A stretch of 64,000 nucleotides of DNA, taken from contig MCFE01000503.1 in assembly GCA_002104905.1 (NCBI GenBank), forward strand, positions 1,543 to 65,542, read 5' to 3'. Shown in pieces: positions 37,696 through 52,415 of this stretch. This stretch comes from Basidiobolus meristosporus CBS 931.73. Its lineage: Eukaryota > Fungi > Basidiobolomycota. Positions within the stretch are counted from its first letter, which is position 1. Each line of letters opens with the position of its first letter. The position numbers and the translations under genes are program-made. The notes below the pieces were generated by a model, which ran no database searches, was not told the origin of the DNA, and saw only the letters and a list, made by a program, of their open reading frames with translations.

Positions 37696-40600
37696 TGTGG
37701 TAAGATTTTGTAATTATACCTAAATATTCACCTAACTTTGACACTTAGCTCATTACCTTCAAATCCTGGGGAATACTAGCTAAGTTCCATGTTGGGATTT
37801 ACTTAGAATACTTTCATCAAAATATCAGGTACCCAGAACATGAAAATTCTCAAGGTTATCCAAACAGCCCCAAACTTTGCACACAAGCTCTTGGGCCCTT
37901 ACGTAGCCTAATCTACATGTTTGTAATGCCCAGATCATGTAAAAGTATAAATTTTACTTTTACATTCAATAAATCAATTAAGTGAGAAGCACATAATCTA
38001 CTTGTCCTTCCAAATGACTTCAAATATCTCCAAGACTCATACTGCAGGCTATAAGCCCCAAGCTGTCACTCTCAGCAATGTCTACTACTGCTATTACTGG
38101 AACTTTTCCCTCTGCTGCAAAGTTGGATGGGTCTAACTACCAAGTGTGGAAGGTGAAGATTAAGATGCTGCTACAAGAAAGAGGCCTTTGGGATATTGTC
38201 ATGGGAAGAGAATGCCCTCCTAGAAATGTGGGAGAGGAAGCCTCAAAGCACCAGAAGAATGAGCAAAGTGCCTTTAACTGCATTTGCCTTAATGTAAGCA
38301 ATAAATTGCTAAATCAATGCTCAAATGCAAAAATGGCAAACAATGCCTGGAGGGCATTGGCAGAGACCTACCAGTCATGTTCAGCTACTAAGAAAATGTA
38401 TCTTAAACAAAAAAATTACTACAAAGGTGCTGCCAGGAGACAAATGAAAAATTCAAGTAACAAAATTACCCTGCTGGTGGATGAGATGGAATCTGTGGGC
38501 ATGCCAACTATTTGTGAGGAAGTGGAAGTAACCATCCTGAGTAGTCTGACAGACAGGTTTCAGGGCCTTGTGTCAGACCTAGAGTCCAGAACTGAAGATG
38601 TGACCTTAAATACATATATGGAAGGTTCCTGGATGAAGAATTTAATGATCAAGCACCTATAAGAAGGAACAAGAAAGTGCTTTAATAAGCAGTGATAACC
38701 AACAAAGGAGGTATCCAATACCTTACAAAGGCAACAGCAACCTGTTTTGCAACTACTGCAAAAGGAAAGCACACACATTAGACCGGTGCTTCAAAAAGAG
38801 TGATTGTCAGCAGAAATGCTTGAATATGATTTGCTGCAACAACTGAAGATAAACTATTCATACCTGCACTAAATATGACCACAAACAAGGATTCTCAGAT
38901 ATGGTATATTGATTCTGGAGCATCTCAACACTTCATGCACCAAAAAGAACTCTTTACCCAATACCCAGAGATTCCAATTATGAAGGTTTTCATGGGTGAA
39001 AGTAGAATACTTGATGCAGTGGGAGAGGGAACTATCCAAGTAAACCTTAGAAGCAGTGAAGGAAGCAATACACAGACCTTCAAAGAAGTACTCTATGTAC
39101 CAGAAATAGCCAAGAACCTACTATCTGTAAGTAAAGCCATAGCAGAAGGACTCAGTTTCAGCTTTGACATTTCTGGATGCAAGATCACTAATCAAAATGG
39201 TACCCATATTGCTTTGGGTATCAAAGATCAGAATCTACACAAGTTGACTTATATTCCATCATATCTGGAAGCCAATATATGCAACTTAAATGAAGAAACC
39301 CCAGTGCTTTGGCACCAGAGATTTGGGCACATCAATTTTGATTATTTGCACAAAATTATCAAAGATCAGCTAATTTTGGGAGTAAAAGTGGATCCCCCAG
39401 CTGATATGGAGCACTTTGAAGCCTGCATATATGGGGTACAAGCCATACAACTGCTCAAGAGCTCTGGGTTAATCAGAACTATGACAAAATTAGATCTAAT
39501 TCACTCAGAACTATGTGGACCTATGCAAAATTTATCCTTAGGTTGGATGAAGTATATATTCACTTTTATTGATGATTATACTAGATACACATGGGTCTAC
39601 TTCATGGCGAGAAAGAAAGAAGCTCTGCCTAAGCTCAGGGAGCTTAAAACCATCTTGGTGAGAGAAACTGGTGAAAAATCAAGAAAATATGCCTTGACAC
39701 TGGTGGCAAATATACCTCTAAACTCTTCATCCACTTCTGCAAAATTCATGAGATAAAGCAAGAGACAACTATGCAATACTCCCCACAGCAAAACAGAGTA
39801 GCAGAACGTACAAACAGATTAATAATTGATATGGCAAGTTCCATGATCCATAGTCAAAAATTATCCTATGCTTTTTGAGCAAAATCAGTTGCCAGAGCTG
39901 TATACCTTAAAAACAGGAGTTATAACAGAATACTTTGTGATTATACTCCATTTGAAGCATGGTATGAATACAGATTAAGTGCAGAATATCTAAGAATACT
40001 TGGGTGTACTGTTTATCCTAAGGAACTGCCTAGAAATCAGCAAATATTTGAGCCCATAAGTGTAAAATGCATATTGTTGGGCTACTGCAATGAGAATAAA
40101 GTATATAGACTACACAATACCAAAGCAAAGAAGCTAATCAAGTTCAGAGATGTTTGATTGAAGAAAATTCAAAACTTTTACAAAAATGACATCAGATGAT
40201 GACAAAAATCTGATCTCAAGTCCACCAACTGTTAGAATTGAATCAGAGCATAACAGTAAAAGTCTTTTCACTCCAGAGGACTCTACAACCATGGTTTAAC
40301 CTGAATCAGTGTCCAAAAATATCCCAGAAGTGATCATTCCAGTATCAAATGCCTGGAGATCCAGCTGGACAAGAAATGGCCCAATTTATTATATCAATGA
40401 GGGTACAAACTTAACCTATGCCTATTCAGTACATATTGATGAATCCCAGACTGTAAAAGAGGCCCTAAATAGCCCCCAGGCAAGGTTTTGGAGATCTGCA
40501 ATGACTGAGGAACATCAGGCTCTGGTGGAAAATCAAACTTGGGGCTTAGTTAAATTACCAATCAACTGAAAATCAATTGGATGCAGATGAGTCTTTAAAA

Positions 40601-42429
40601 CCTAGTATATGGCTGATGGTATAAATGAAAGATACAAAGCAAGACTTGTGGCCAAAGGATACTCTCAGATAAAAGGACTTTAATATACTGAGACCTTTGC
40701 ACTGGTAGCCAAGTTTAACTACATTAGATTGATATTGGCTATTTCAGCCAAATATAAGATTTTTATTCATCATATGGATGTAAGAACAGCAATTTTGAAT
40801 GAAGAACTTGATGAGAATGTGTATATGGACCAACCTGATGTGTTTGTTGACCAACATAACCCCCATTTGGTCTGTAGGTGTGAAAAACCTCTTTATAATC
40901 TCAGACTATCACCAAGAGCCTGGAACTGCAAGATAGATTCTTTTTGGAATCTTTGAGCTTCAAAAGGAGTAATGCTGACTCTGGTATATACTATAAGCCA
41001 GAGTGGGCAAATCCAGCTCAATTAGCTCTATATGTGGACAATGCTATTATAGCTACCAATAACCTAGCAACATTGGAAGTGACTAAATCCAGCCTATCTA
41101 AGGTGTTCTAGATGTGTGATCTAGGAGAACTTGGTTACTACTTAGGGATTAAGTTCTCCATAGACAGAAGTGCCTAGACTATTACCCTAAGCCAATCCAA
41201 GTATATTCAAGATATACTAAAGAAGTACCAAATAGAAGACTGTAAACCAGCATCTACCTTAATGGAGACAAACCTTAACTTGGTGAAAACTCAACCAAAT
41301 CAAGAGAGCTTGGTGCCATCTGAAAACCCTGACTTTCCTCATCAATCTATGGTTGACAGTCTGATGTATATTATGCTTGGAACACGTCCAAATATTGCAT
41401 ATTTGGTGGGAGTTGTCAGCCAACATAATCAGAACTATGGAGCCAATCATATTGCAGCAGTTGAGCAGATTTTTAGATAACTAAAAGAAACTGCTGATAA
41501 CTGCTTAAGATACACTTATAAAGATTCAGAACAGGATCTTGTGGGATACTGTGATGCTGCTTGGGGACAAAATTTGGAAGTCAGAAGATCCACCACAGGA
41601 TACACCTCATTTTACTGTAAAGGAGCAATTTTGTGGAATTCAAGAAAGCCACCACAGGATACACCTCACTTTACTGTAAAGGAGCAATTTTGTGGAATTC
41701 AAGAGAGCAACCAACCATAGCACTTTCTACCACAGAGGCAAAGTGTATGGCAGCATTTGAAGCTACAAAAGAAGCAATGTGGCTAAGAAAGCTTTTTACA
41801 GAGTTAGGCCTATGTCAAAAACACCTATTGCGTTATTTCAAGATAATCAAGGACAAATACAATTAGGTAAAAATCCAACTTTACATGCTAGAACCAAGCA
41901 CATAGATATTAGACATCATTTCATATGTGAAGCTATAGAGAAATACTCAGTTAGCTTATGTTACTGTCCTTCAGATGAAATAATAGCAGACATATTTACA
42001 AAACCATTAGCTAAAGACAAGCTTGAATATCTTAGGTCAAAATTAGGACTAGTCAGTATGAACATTTAGCTGAGTGGGAGTGTTGTAAAAATTTGTATTT
42101 CCACCTAAATATTCACTTAACTTAGTCACTTAGATCATTACCTTCAAATCCTAGAAAATACTGACCAAATTCCTTGTCGGGATTTACTTAGAATATTTTC
42201 ACCAAAATACCAGGTACCCAGGACATGAAAATTCTCAAAGTTGTCCAAACAGCCCCAAACTTTGCACACATGTTCTTGGGACCTTCCTTAACCTATTCTA
42301 CGTGTTTGGTATGCCAAGACCAGGTAAAAGTATAAATACTACTTTTACATTCAATAAATCATTAAGTGAAAACCTCATAATCTACTTGTTCTCCCAATCA
42401 CTTCCAATATCTCCAAGACTCTTACAACA
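37696..42429 (+). mobile_element. Full-length degenerate copia-A copy A3
   Basis: LTRs 37696-38046 (decayed) and 42081-42429; PPT 42071-42080; gag from 38078, pol ends GLVSMNI* at 42069; TSD poor (TTATT/ATACT). Confidence 0.93.
41590..41707 (+). repeat. 59-bp tandem duplication in the RNase H region of A3
   Basis: ccaccacaggatacacctca..ggaattcaaga(a/g)ag twice (41590-41648, 41649-41707). Confidence 0.92.
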
Positions 42430-43626
42430 ATACTGAATATAGGATATACTACAAGCCATAAAATGCAAGTCTAGCTCTATTGACTCAATATGTGGATGAT
42501 CTTAATATAGCCACTAATAACTAATATACCTGGAAGAGACTAAATCTGATCTGTCCAAGGAGTTCAAGATGTCTAATCTAGGAGAACTCAGTGACTACTT
42601 AGGAATAAAGCTTGCCATGGATAGAAGTACAAAGACTATCACTCTAAACAAGTCCAAGTATGCTCAAGATATACTTATGTAGTACTAAATGAAAGACAGA
42701 TAACTGGCAGCTACCCCAATCAAGACAAATCTTGACTTGGTCAAAGCTGCTGATAGGTTCTTAAGGTACATCAGTGAGAACTCAGAGCTGGATCTTGTAG
42801 GATACTCTGATTCTGACTGGGGACAAAGTTTAGAAAACAGAAGATCCACCACAGAATACACCCTTTTGTTACTGTAATTGAGCAATTTCATGAAATCAAG
42901 AAATCAACTAATTGTAGCACTTTCCACCACAGAGGCAGGGTATGTGCTAGCCTGTGAAGCTACAAATGAAGCAATATGCTTAAGATAGCTTCTCAAAGAC
43001 TTAAGCTTGTGTCAAAAAGTGCTTATTATTTTATTTCAAGATAATCAAGGATTTGTACAATTAGGCAGAATTCAGGCTTTTCATGCTAGAAGTAAGCACA
43101 TGGCTCTCTGACATCATTTCATATGTGAAGCTATGGAGAGCAACTAAGTTACTTAGCTTACTGCCCAGCAGATGCAATGATTGCAGACATATTTACCAAA
43201 CCATTAGCTAGAGACAAATATCAATATCTTAGGTCACAATTAGGACTAGTCAGTATGATCATTTAGTTGGGTAGGAGTGTTGCAAAGATTTATAGTCCCA
43301 CCTAAACACTCACCCAACTTAGTCACTTAGATCATTGCCTACAAATCCTAGTGAATACTGACCAAATTTCATTTTGGGATTTGCTAGGAATATTTTCACC
43401 AAATCACCAGGTACCCAAAACATAAAAATTCTCAAGGTTGTTCAAACTGCCACAAACCTTTCACGCATGCTTTTAGGACCTTCCTAGACATGTTCTACAT
43501 GCCTGTGATGCCAGGACTATGTAAAAATATGACTACTACTTTCACATTTAATATACCTTTAAGTGAAAACCCCATAATAAGCTTATTCTACCAATCACTT
43601 CTAGTATGTCAGAAATCCTTACAACA
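42430..43626 (+). mobile_element. 3' end of an older copia-A copy (RT C-terminus, RH, PPT, LTR 43278-43626)
   Basis: YVDDL and RH homology; LTR TGTTGC..TACAACA more diverged than A1-A5. Confidence 0.85.
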
Positions 43627-43639
43627 TTTACCAGTATGT

Positions 43640-46600
43640 TGTTGTAAAAGTTTGTAATTACACCTAGATATTCACCTAACTTAGTCACTCAGATCCTTAC
43701 CCTCAAATCCTAGAGAATACTAACCAAACTCCTTGTTGGGATTTACTTGGAATATTTTCACAAAAATACCAGGTACCCAGAACATGAAAATTCTCAAAGT
43801 TGCCCAAACAGCCCCAAACTTAGCACACATGTTCTTGGGACCTTCCTTAGTCTATTCTGCATGTTTGTAATGTAAAGACTATGTAAAAGCATAAATACTA
43901 CTTCTACATTCAATAAATCATTAAGTGAAAACCACATAATCTACTTGTCCTCCTAATCACTACCAATATCTCCAAGACTCTTACAACAGGTTATGAGCCC
44001 CAAGCTGTCACTTTCTGGAATGTCTACTACTGCTATTACTGGAATTTTCCCTCTACTGAAAAGTTGGATGGATCTAACTACCAAGTGTGGAAGGTGATGA
44101 TGAAGATGCTGCTACAAGAAAGAGGCCTTTGAGATATTGTCATGGGAAAAGAATGCCCTCCTAGAAATGTGGGAGAGGAAGCCTCAGAGTACCAGAAGAA
44201 AGAACAAAGAGCCTTTAACTGCATTTGCCATAATGTCAAAGGCAAATTGCTAATTCAATGCTCAAGAGCAAAAATGGCAAAGAATCCCTGGAAGGCATTA
44301 GAAGACACCTACCAGTTATGTTCAGCTGCTAAGAAAATGTATCTGAGGCAAAAATTCTTTACTACAAAGATTCTGCCAGGAGAAGAAATGAAAAATCTAA
44401 TCAACAGAATTAACCTGCTGGTAGATGAAATGGAATCTGTGGGTGTACTAACTACTGATGAGGATGTGATGGTTACCATCCTGAATAGCCTGAAAGACAG
44501 GTTTCAGGGCCTTGTATCAGCCCTAGAGTCCAGAACTGAAGAATTGACCTTAAGTTGCATATATGGAAGGCTCCTGGATGAAGAATTGAAAAAATCAAGT
44601 GCCAATAAGAAGGAAGAAGAAAATGCTTTAATAAGCAATGATAACCAACAAAGGAGGTACCTAATACCTTACAAAGGCAACAGCAACCTGTTTTGCAACT
44701 ACTGCAAAAGGAAAGGACACACATCAGACCAGTGTCTCAAAAAGAGTGATAATTAGCAAAAAAAGCCTGAATATGGAAATGCTGCAACAACTGATGATAG
44801 ACTATTCAAATCTGCACTAAATATGACCACAATCAAGGACTCTTAGATATGGTATATTGACTGTGGAGCATCTCAACACTTTTCACATCAAAAAGAACTT
44901 TTTGCACAATATCAAGAAATTCCAATCAAGAAGGTTTTCATGGGTGACAATAGAGCACTTGATGCAGTGGGAGAAGGAACTATCCAAGTAAACCTAAGAA
45001 GCAGTGAAGGAAGCCACACACAGACCTTCAAAGAAGTACTTTATGTACCAGAAATAGCCAAAACCCACTATCTGTAAGCAAGGCTACAACAGAAGGACTC
45101 AGTTTCAGCTTTGACAATTCTGGATGCAAGATCACTGATCAAAATGGTGCCCATATTGCTTTGGGTATTAGAGATCAGAATCTATACAAGTTGACTTATG
45201 TTCCATCATATCTGGAAGCCAATATAAGTAACTTGAATGAAGAAACACCAATGCTTTGGCATAGGAGATTTGGACACATCAATTTTGATTATTTGCGCAA
45301 TATGATTAAAGATCAGCAAATATCTGGAGTGAAAGTTGATCCCCCAGCTAATTTGGAGCCCTGTGAAGCCTGCATATATGGGAAACAAGCCAGACAACTG
45401 TTCAAGAGCTCTGGGTTAATCAAAACTAAGAGAAAATTAGATCTAATTCACTCAGATCTGTGTGGACCTATGCAATAAGTATCCCTAGGTAGGATGAAGT
45501 ATCTAATCACTTTTATTGATGATTAAACAAGATACACATTAGTCTACTTCATGGCAAGAAAGGGAGAAGCTCTGTCTAAGCTCAGGGAGTTTAAAGCCAT
45601 GGTGGAGAGAGGAACTGGTGAGAAAATGAAAAAAATATGCTCTGACAATGGTGGAGAATATACCTCAAAACTCTTCATCCACTTCTGCAAAATTCATGGG
45701 ATAAAGCAAGAGACTACTGTACCACACTCCCCACAGAAAAATGGAGTAGCAGAACGTGCTAACAGATCAATAACTGATATGGCAAGTTCAATGATCCATG
45801 ATCAAAAATCAACCTATGATTTTTGGGAAAAATCAGTTGCCACTGCTGTATATCTTAAAAATAGGAGTTATAGCAGAATACTATGTGATTTGACTTCATT
45901 CAGAGCATAGTATGGGTACAGACCAAGTGCAGAACATCTAAGAATATTTGGGTGTACAGCATATGCCAAGAAACTGCCCTGAAATCAGTCAAAATTTGAG
46001 CAAAATAGTGTAAAATGCATATTTTTGGGTTACTGCAATGAGAGTAAAGCAGACAGACTCTACAATACCAAAACAAAGAAGCCAATCAAGTCTAGGGATG
46101 GGCTGTTTGATGAAGATTCAAAATTTTCACAAAAAATGACATCAGATGATGACAAAAATATGATCTCAAGTCCACCAATAGTTGGGATTTAATCAGAGCA
46201 AAACAATGATGGGTTCTTCACTCCAGAGGACTCTACAACCATGGTTCAGCCAGAATCAGTGCCCAGGATTATCCCAGAAGTGATCACTCTGGTATCAAAT
46301 GCCTGGAGATCAAATTGGACAAGAAATAGCCCAAATTACTATATCAATGAGGGTACAACTTAGCCTATACCTATTCAGTCCATATTAATGAGCCCCAGAC
46401 TGTAAAAGAGGCCCTAAATAGCCCTCAGCCAAAGTTATGGAGATCTGCAATCACTGAGGAACATCAGGCTCTGATGGAAAATCAAACTTGGGACTTAGTC
46501 AAATTACCAATCAGCCAAAAATCAATTGGATGCAGATGGGTCTTCAAGACAAAATACAAGTCTGATGGTACAATTGAAAGATACAAAGCAAGACCTGTAG

Positions 46601-47919
46601 CCAAAGGGTACTCTCAAACAAAAGGACTTGACTATACTGAGACCTTTGCACCGGTAGCCAAGTTTGATTCCATCATATTAATATTGGCAATTGCAGCTAA
46701 ATATAAGTTTTTTACTCATCAAATGGATGTAAAAACTGCATTTTTGAATGAAGAACTTGATCAGGATGTGAATATGGACCAGCCTGATAGGCTGGCTGAC
46801 TAAGATAACCCCCATATGGTCTGCAAGCTTAAAAAGTCACTATATGGTCTCCAACAATCACTGAGAGCCTAGAGTTGCAAGATAGATTCTTATTTGGAAT
46901 CTTTGAGTTTCAAAAGGAGTAATGCTGACTATAGTATATACTATAAGCCAGAGAGAGCAAGCCCAGCTATATTAGCTCTATATGTGGATGATCTTGTTAT
47001 AGCCACCAATAACCTAGAAACATTGGAAGAGACTAGATCCAGCCTGTCTAAGGAGTTCAAGATGTCCAATCTAGGAGAACTCAGTTACTACTTAGGGATT
47101 AGGTTCTCCATAGACAGAAGTGCCCAGACTATTACCCTAAGCCAATCCAAGTATATTCAAGATATACTAAAGAAATACCAATTGGAAGACTGTAAACTGG
47201 AAGCTACCCCAATGGAAACAAACCTTTACTTGGTCAAAACTCAACCAAATCAAGAGAGATTGGTGCTATCTGAAAGCCCTGACTTTCCTTATTACTCTAT
47301 GGTCAGCAGTCTGATGTATATCAAGCTTAGGACATGTCCGGATATCTTATATTCAGTGGGAGTTGTTAGCCAATTTAATCAGAATGATGGATCTGATCAT
47401 ATTGCAGCAGTTAAGCGGATTTTTAGATACCTAAAGGGAACTGCTGATATCTGCTTAAGATACACTTATAAGGATTCAGTACAGCATCTTGTGGGATACT
47501 CTGATGCTGATTGGGGACAAAATTTAGAAGACAGAAGATCCACCACAGATACACCTTTCTTTACTGTTAAGGAGCAATTTCATGGAATTCAAGAAAGCAA
47601 CTAACCATAGCACTTTCTACCATAGAGGCAGAGTATATGGCAGCCTTTGAAGCTACAAAAGCAGCAATATGCTTAAGAAAGCTTTTTACAGATTTAGGCC
47701 TATGTCAAAAAATGCCTGTTACTTTATTTCAACATAATCAAGGATGTATACAACTAGGTAGAAATCCAACTATTCATGCTAGAACTAAGCACATAGATAT
47801 TAGACATCTTTACATACATGAAGCTATAGAGAATAACTTAGTTAGCTTAGTTTACTGTCCTACTGATGAAAAGATTGCAGACATATTTACCAAACCATTA
47901 GCTAGAGGCAAGTTTGAAT
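43640..47919 (+). mobile_element. Copia-A copy A4: 5' LTR 43640-43988, PBS 43989-44000, gag-pol interrupted near its end by inverted copy A5
   Basis: Collinear gag to RH fragments (44142-47927); left flank TATGT (43635-43639) recurs at 52520-52524. Confidence 0.93.
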
Positions 47920-50900
47920 TATTGTAAGAGTCTTGGAGATATTGGAAGCGATTGGGAGAACAAGTAGATTATGTGGTTTTCACTTTATGATTTATTGAAT
48001 GTACAAGTAGTATTTATACTTTTACATGGTCTTGGCATTAAAAACACATAGAGTAGGCTAAGGAAAGTCCCAAGAACATGTGTGCAAAGTTTGAGGCTGT
48101 TTGGACAACTTTGAGAATTTTCATGTTCAGGGTACCTGGAATTTTGGTGAAAATAATATAAGTAAATCCCAACAAGGAATTTGGTCAGTATTCTCTAGGA
48201 TTTGAAGGTAATGATCTAAGTGACTAAGTTAGGTGAATATTTAGGTGGAAATACAAATTTTTACAACACTCCCACTCAGCTAAATGTTCATACTAACTAG
48301 ACCTAATTTTGACCTAAGATATTCAAACTTGTCTCTAGCCAATGGTTTAGTAAACATGTCTGTAATCATTTCATCTGTAGGACAGTAAACTAAGCTAACT
48401 AAGTTATTCTCTATAGCTTCACGTATGAAATGATGTCTAATATCTATGTGCTTGGTTTTAGCATGAAAAGTTGGATTTCTACCTAATTGTATACATCCTT
48501 GATTATGTTGAAATAAAGTAATAGGCATTTTTTGACATAGGCCTAAGTCTGTAAAAGGTTTTCTTAACCACATTGCTTCTTTTGTAGCTTCACAGGCTGC
48601 CATATACTCTGCCTCTGTGGTAGAAAGTGCTACGGTTGGTTGCTTTCTTGAATTCCATGAAATTGCTCCTTAATAGTAAAGAAAGGTGTATCTGTGGTGG
48701 ATCTTCTGTCTTCTAAATTTTGTCCCCAATCAGCATCAGAGTATCCCACAAGATGCTGTACTGAATCCTTATAAGTGTATCTTAAGCAGATATCAGCAGT
48801 TCCTTTTAGGTATCTAAAAATCCGCTTAACTGCTGTAATATGATCAGATCCATCATTCTGATTAAATTGGCTGACAACTTCCACTGAATATGAGATATCT
48901 GGACATGTCCTAAGCTTGATATACATCAGACTGCCAACCATAGATTGATTAGGAAAGTCAGGGCTTTCAGATGGCACTAAGCTCTCTTGATTTGGTTGAG
49001 TTTTGACCAAGTAAAGGTTTGTTTCCATTGGGGTAGCTGCTGGTTTACAGTCTTCCATTTGATACTTCTTTAGTATATCTTCAATATACTTTAATCGGCT
49101 TAGGGTGATAGTCTGGGTACTTCTGTCTATGGAGAACTTAATCCCTAAGTAGTAATTAAGTTTCCCTAGATTGGACATCTTGAACTCCTTAGATAGGCTG
49201 GATTTAGTCTCTTCCAATGTTTCTAGGTTATTGGCAGCTATAATAAGTTCATCCACATATAGAGCTAATAGAACTGGACTTGCTCTACCTGGCTTATAGT
49301 ATATATTATAGTCAGCATTACTCCTTTTGAAACTCAAAGATTCCAAATAAGAATCTATCTTGCAATTCCAGGCTCTTGGTGATTGATTGAGACCATATAG
49401 TGACTTTTTAAGCTTGCAGACCAAATGGGGGTTATCTTGGTCAACAAACCCATCAGGCTGGTCCATATACATGTCCTCATCAAGTTCTCCATTCAAAAAT
49501 GCAGCTTTTACATCCATTTGATGAGTAAAAAACTTATATTTGGCTGCAATAGCCAATATTAATCTGATGGAATTAAACTTCGCTACCAGTACAAAGGTCT
49601 CAATATAGTCAAGTCCTTTTGTTTGAGAGTACCCTTTGGCTACAAGTCCTGCTTTGTATCTTTCAATTGTACCATCAGACTTGTATTTTGTCTTGAAGAC
49701 CCATCTGCATCCAATTGATTTTTGGCTGATTGGTAATTTGACTAAGTCCCAAGTTTGATTTTCCATCAGGGCCTGATATTCCTCAGTCATTGCAGATCTC
49801 CATAACTTTGGCTGAGGGCTATTTAGGGCCTCTTTTACAGTCTGGCGCTCATTAATATGGATTGAATAGGCATAGGCTAAGTTTGTACCCTCATTGATAT
49901 GGTAATTTGGGCTATTTCTTGTCCAATTTGATCTCCAGGCATTTGATACCAGAGTGATCACTTCTGGGATATTCCTGGGCACTGATTCTGGCTGAACCAT
50001 GGTTGTAGAGTCCTCTGGAGTGAAGAACCTATCATTGTTTTGCTCTGATTCAATCCTGACAATTGGTGGACTTGAGATCAAATTTATGTCGTCATTTGAT
50101 GTCATTTTTTGTGAAAATTTTGAATTTTCATCAAACAAGACATCCCTGGACTTGATCAGCCTCTTTGCTTTGGTATTGTAGAGTTGGTATGCCTTACTCT
50201 CATTGCAGTAGCCCAAAAATATGCATTTTACACTTTTTGGCTCAAATTTTGACTGATTTCCGGCCAGGTTTTTTGGCATATGCTGTACACCCAAATATTC
50301 TTAGATGTTCTGCACTTGGTCTGTATCCATACCATGCTTCAAATGGAGTAGAATCACAAAGTATTCTGTTATAACTCCTAGTTTTAAGGTATACAGCAGT
50401 GGCAACTGATTCCGCCCAAAAATCATAGGATGATTTTTGATCATGGATCATAGATCTTGCCATATCAATTATTGATCTGTTAGCATGTTCTGCTACTCCA
50501 TTTTGCTGTGGGGAGTGTGGTACAGTAGTATCTTGTATTATCCCATGAATTTTGCAGAAGTGGATGAAGATTTTTGAGGTATATTCTCCACCATTGTCAG
50601 AGCGTATTTTCTTGATTTTTTCACCAGTTTCTCTCTCCATCATGGCTTTAAACTCCCTGAACTTAGACAGAGCTTCTTTCTTTCTCTCCATGAAGTAGAC
50701 CCATGTGTATCTTGTATAATAATCATTAAAAGTGATTAAATACTTCATCCCACCTAAGGATAAATTTTGCATAGGTCCACACAGATTTGAGTGAATTAGA
50801 TCTAATTTTCTCTTAGTTTTGATTAACCCCAAGCTCTTGAACGGTTGTCTGGCTTGTTTCCCGTATATGCAGGCTTCACAGTGCTCCAAATTAGCTTGGG

Positions 50901-52415
50901 GATCAATTTTCACTCCAGAAATTAGCTGATCTTTGATCATTTTACACAAATAATCAAAATTGATGTGTCCAAATCTCCTGTGCCAAATTATTGGTGTTTC
51001 TGCATTTAAGTTACTTATATTGGCTTCCAGATATGATGGAATATTAGTCAACTTGTATAGATTCTGATCTCTGATGCCCAAAGCAATATGGGCACCATTT
51101 TGATCAGTGATCCTGCATCCAGAATTGTCAAAACTGAAACTGAGTCCTTCTGCTGTGGCCTTGCTTATAGAGAGTAGGTTCTTGGCTATTTCTGGTACAT
51201 ATAGTACTTCTTTAAAGGTCTGTGTATGGCTTCCTTCACTGCTTCTTAGGCTTACTTGGATAGCTCCTTCTCCCACTGCATCACGTGTTCTATCATCACC
51301 TGTGAAAATCTTCTTAATTGGAATTTCTTGATAGTGGGTCAAAAGTTCTTTTTGGTGTGTAAAGTGTTGAGATGCTCCAGAGTCAATATACCATGTCTGA
51401 GAATCCTTGTTTGTAGTTGTATTTAGTGCAGATATGAATAGTCTATCATCAGTTATTGCAGCACTTCCATATTCAGGCTTCTTTTGCTGATTATCTTCTT
51501 TTTGAGACACCGGTCTGATGTGTGTCCATTCCTTTTGCAGTAGTTACAAAACAGATTGCTGTTGCCTTTGTAAGGTCTTGGGTACCTCCTTTGTTGGTTA
51601 TCATTGCTTATTAAAGCATTTTCTTCTTCCTTCTTATTGGCACTTGATTTTTTTAATTCTTCATCCAGGAGCCTTCAATATACTTAATTCAAGGTCAATT
51701 CTTCAGTTCTGGACTCTAGGGCTGATACAAGGCCCTGAAACTTGTCTGTCAGGCTATTCAGGATGGTAACTATCACATCCTCATCAGTAGTTGGTATGCC
51801 CACAGATTCCATCTCATCTACCAGCAGGGTAATTCTGTTGATTAGATTTTTCATTTCTTCTCCTGGCAGCATCTTTGTAGTAAAGAATTTTCTTCTCAGA
51901 TACATTTTCTTAGCAGCTGATCATGACTGGTAGGTGTCTGCTAATGCCTTCCAGGCATTTGCTGCCGTTTTTGCTCTTTAGCATTGAATTAGCAATTTGT
52001 CCTTAACATTAAGGCAAATGCAGTTAAAGGCACTTTGTTCTTTCTTCTGGTACTTTAAGGCTTCCTCTCCCATGTTCTTAGGAGGGCATTCTTCTCTAAT
52101 GACAATATCCCAAAGGCCTCTTTCTTGTAGAAGCATCTTCATCTTCACCTTCCACACTTGGTAGTTAAATCCATCCAACTTTTCAGCAGAGGGAAAAATT
52201 CTAGTAATAGCAGTAGTAGACATTGCAGAGAGTGACAGCTTGGGGCTCATAACCTGTTGTAAGAGTCTTAGAGATATTGGAAGTGACTGGGAGGACAAGT
52301 AGATTATGTGGTTTTCACTTAATGATTTATTGAATGTAGAAGTAGTATTTATACTTTTACATGGTCTTGGCATTATAAACATGTAGAATTGGTTAGGAAG
52401 GTCCCAAGAACATGT
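47920..52415 (-). mobile_element. Copia-A copy A5, the least disrupted copy: 3' LTR 47920-48268, partial 5' LTR 52255-~52415
   Basis: Long frames 50242-51510 and 48630-50294; RH 48280-48603; PBS 52243-52254; gag ATG at 52250. Confidence 0.95.

Noticed and set aside
37691-42434. TSD for copia A3 and for LTR-B3
   Set aside because: Flanks match only 3/5 (TTATT/ATACT) and 2/4 (ACTC/ATGC), so they cannot be claimed
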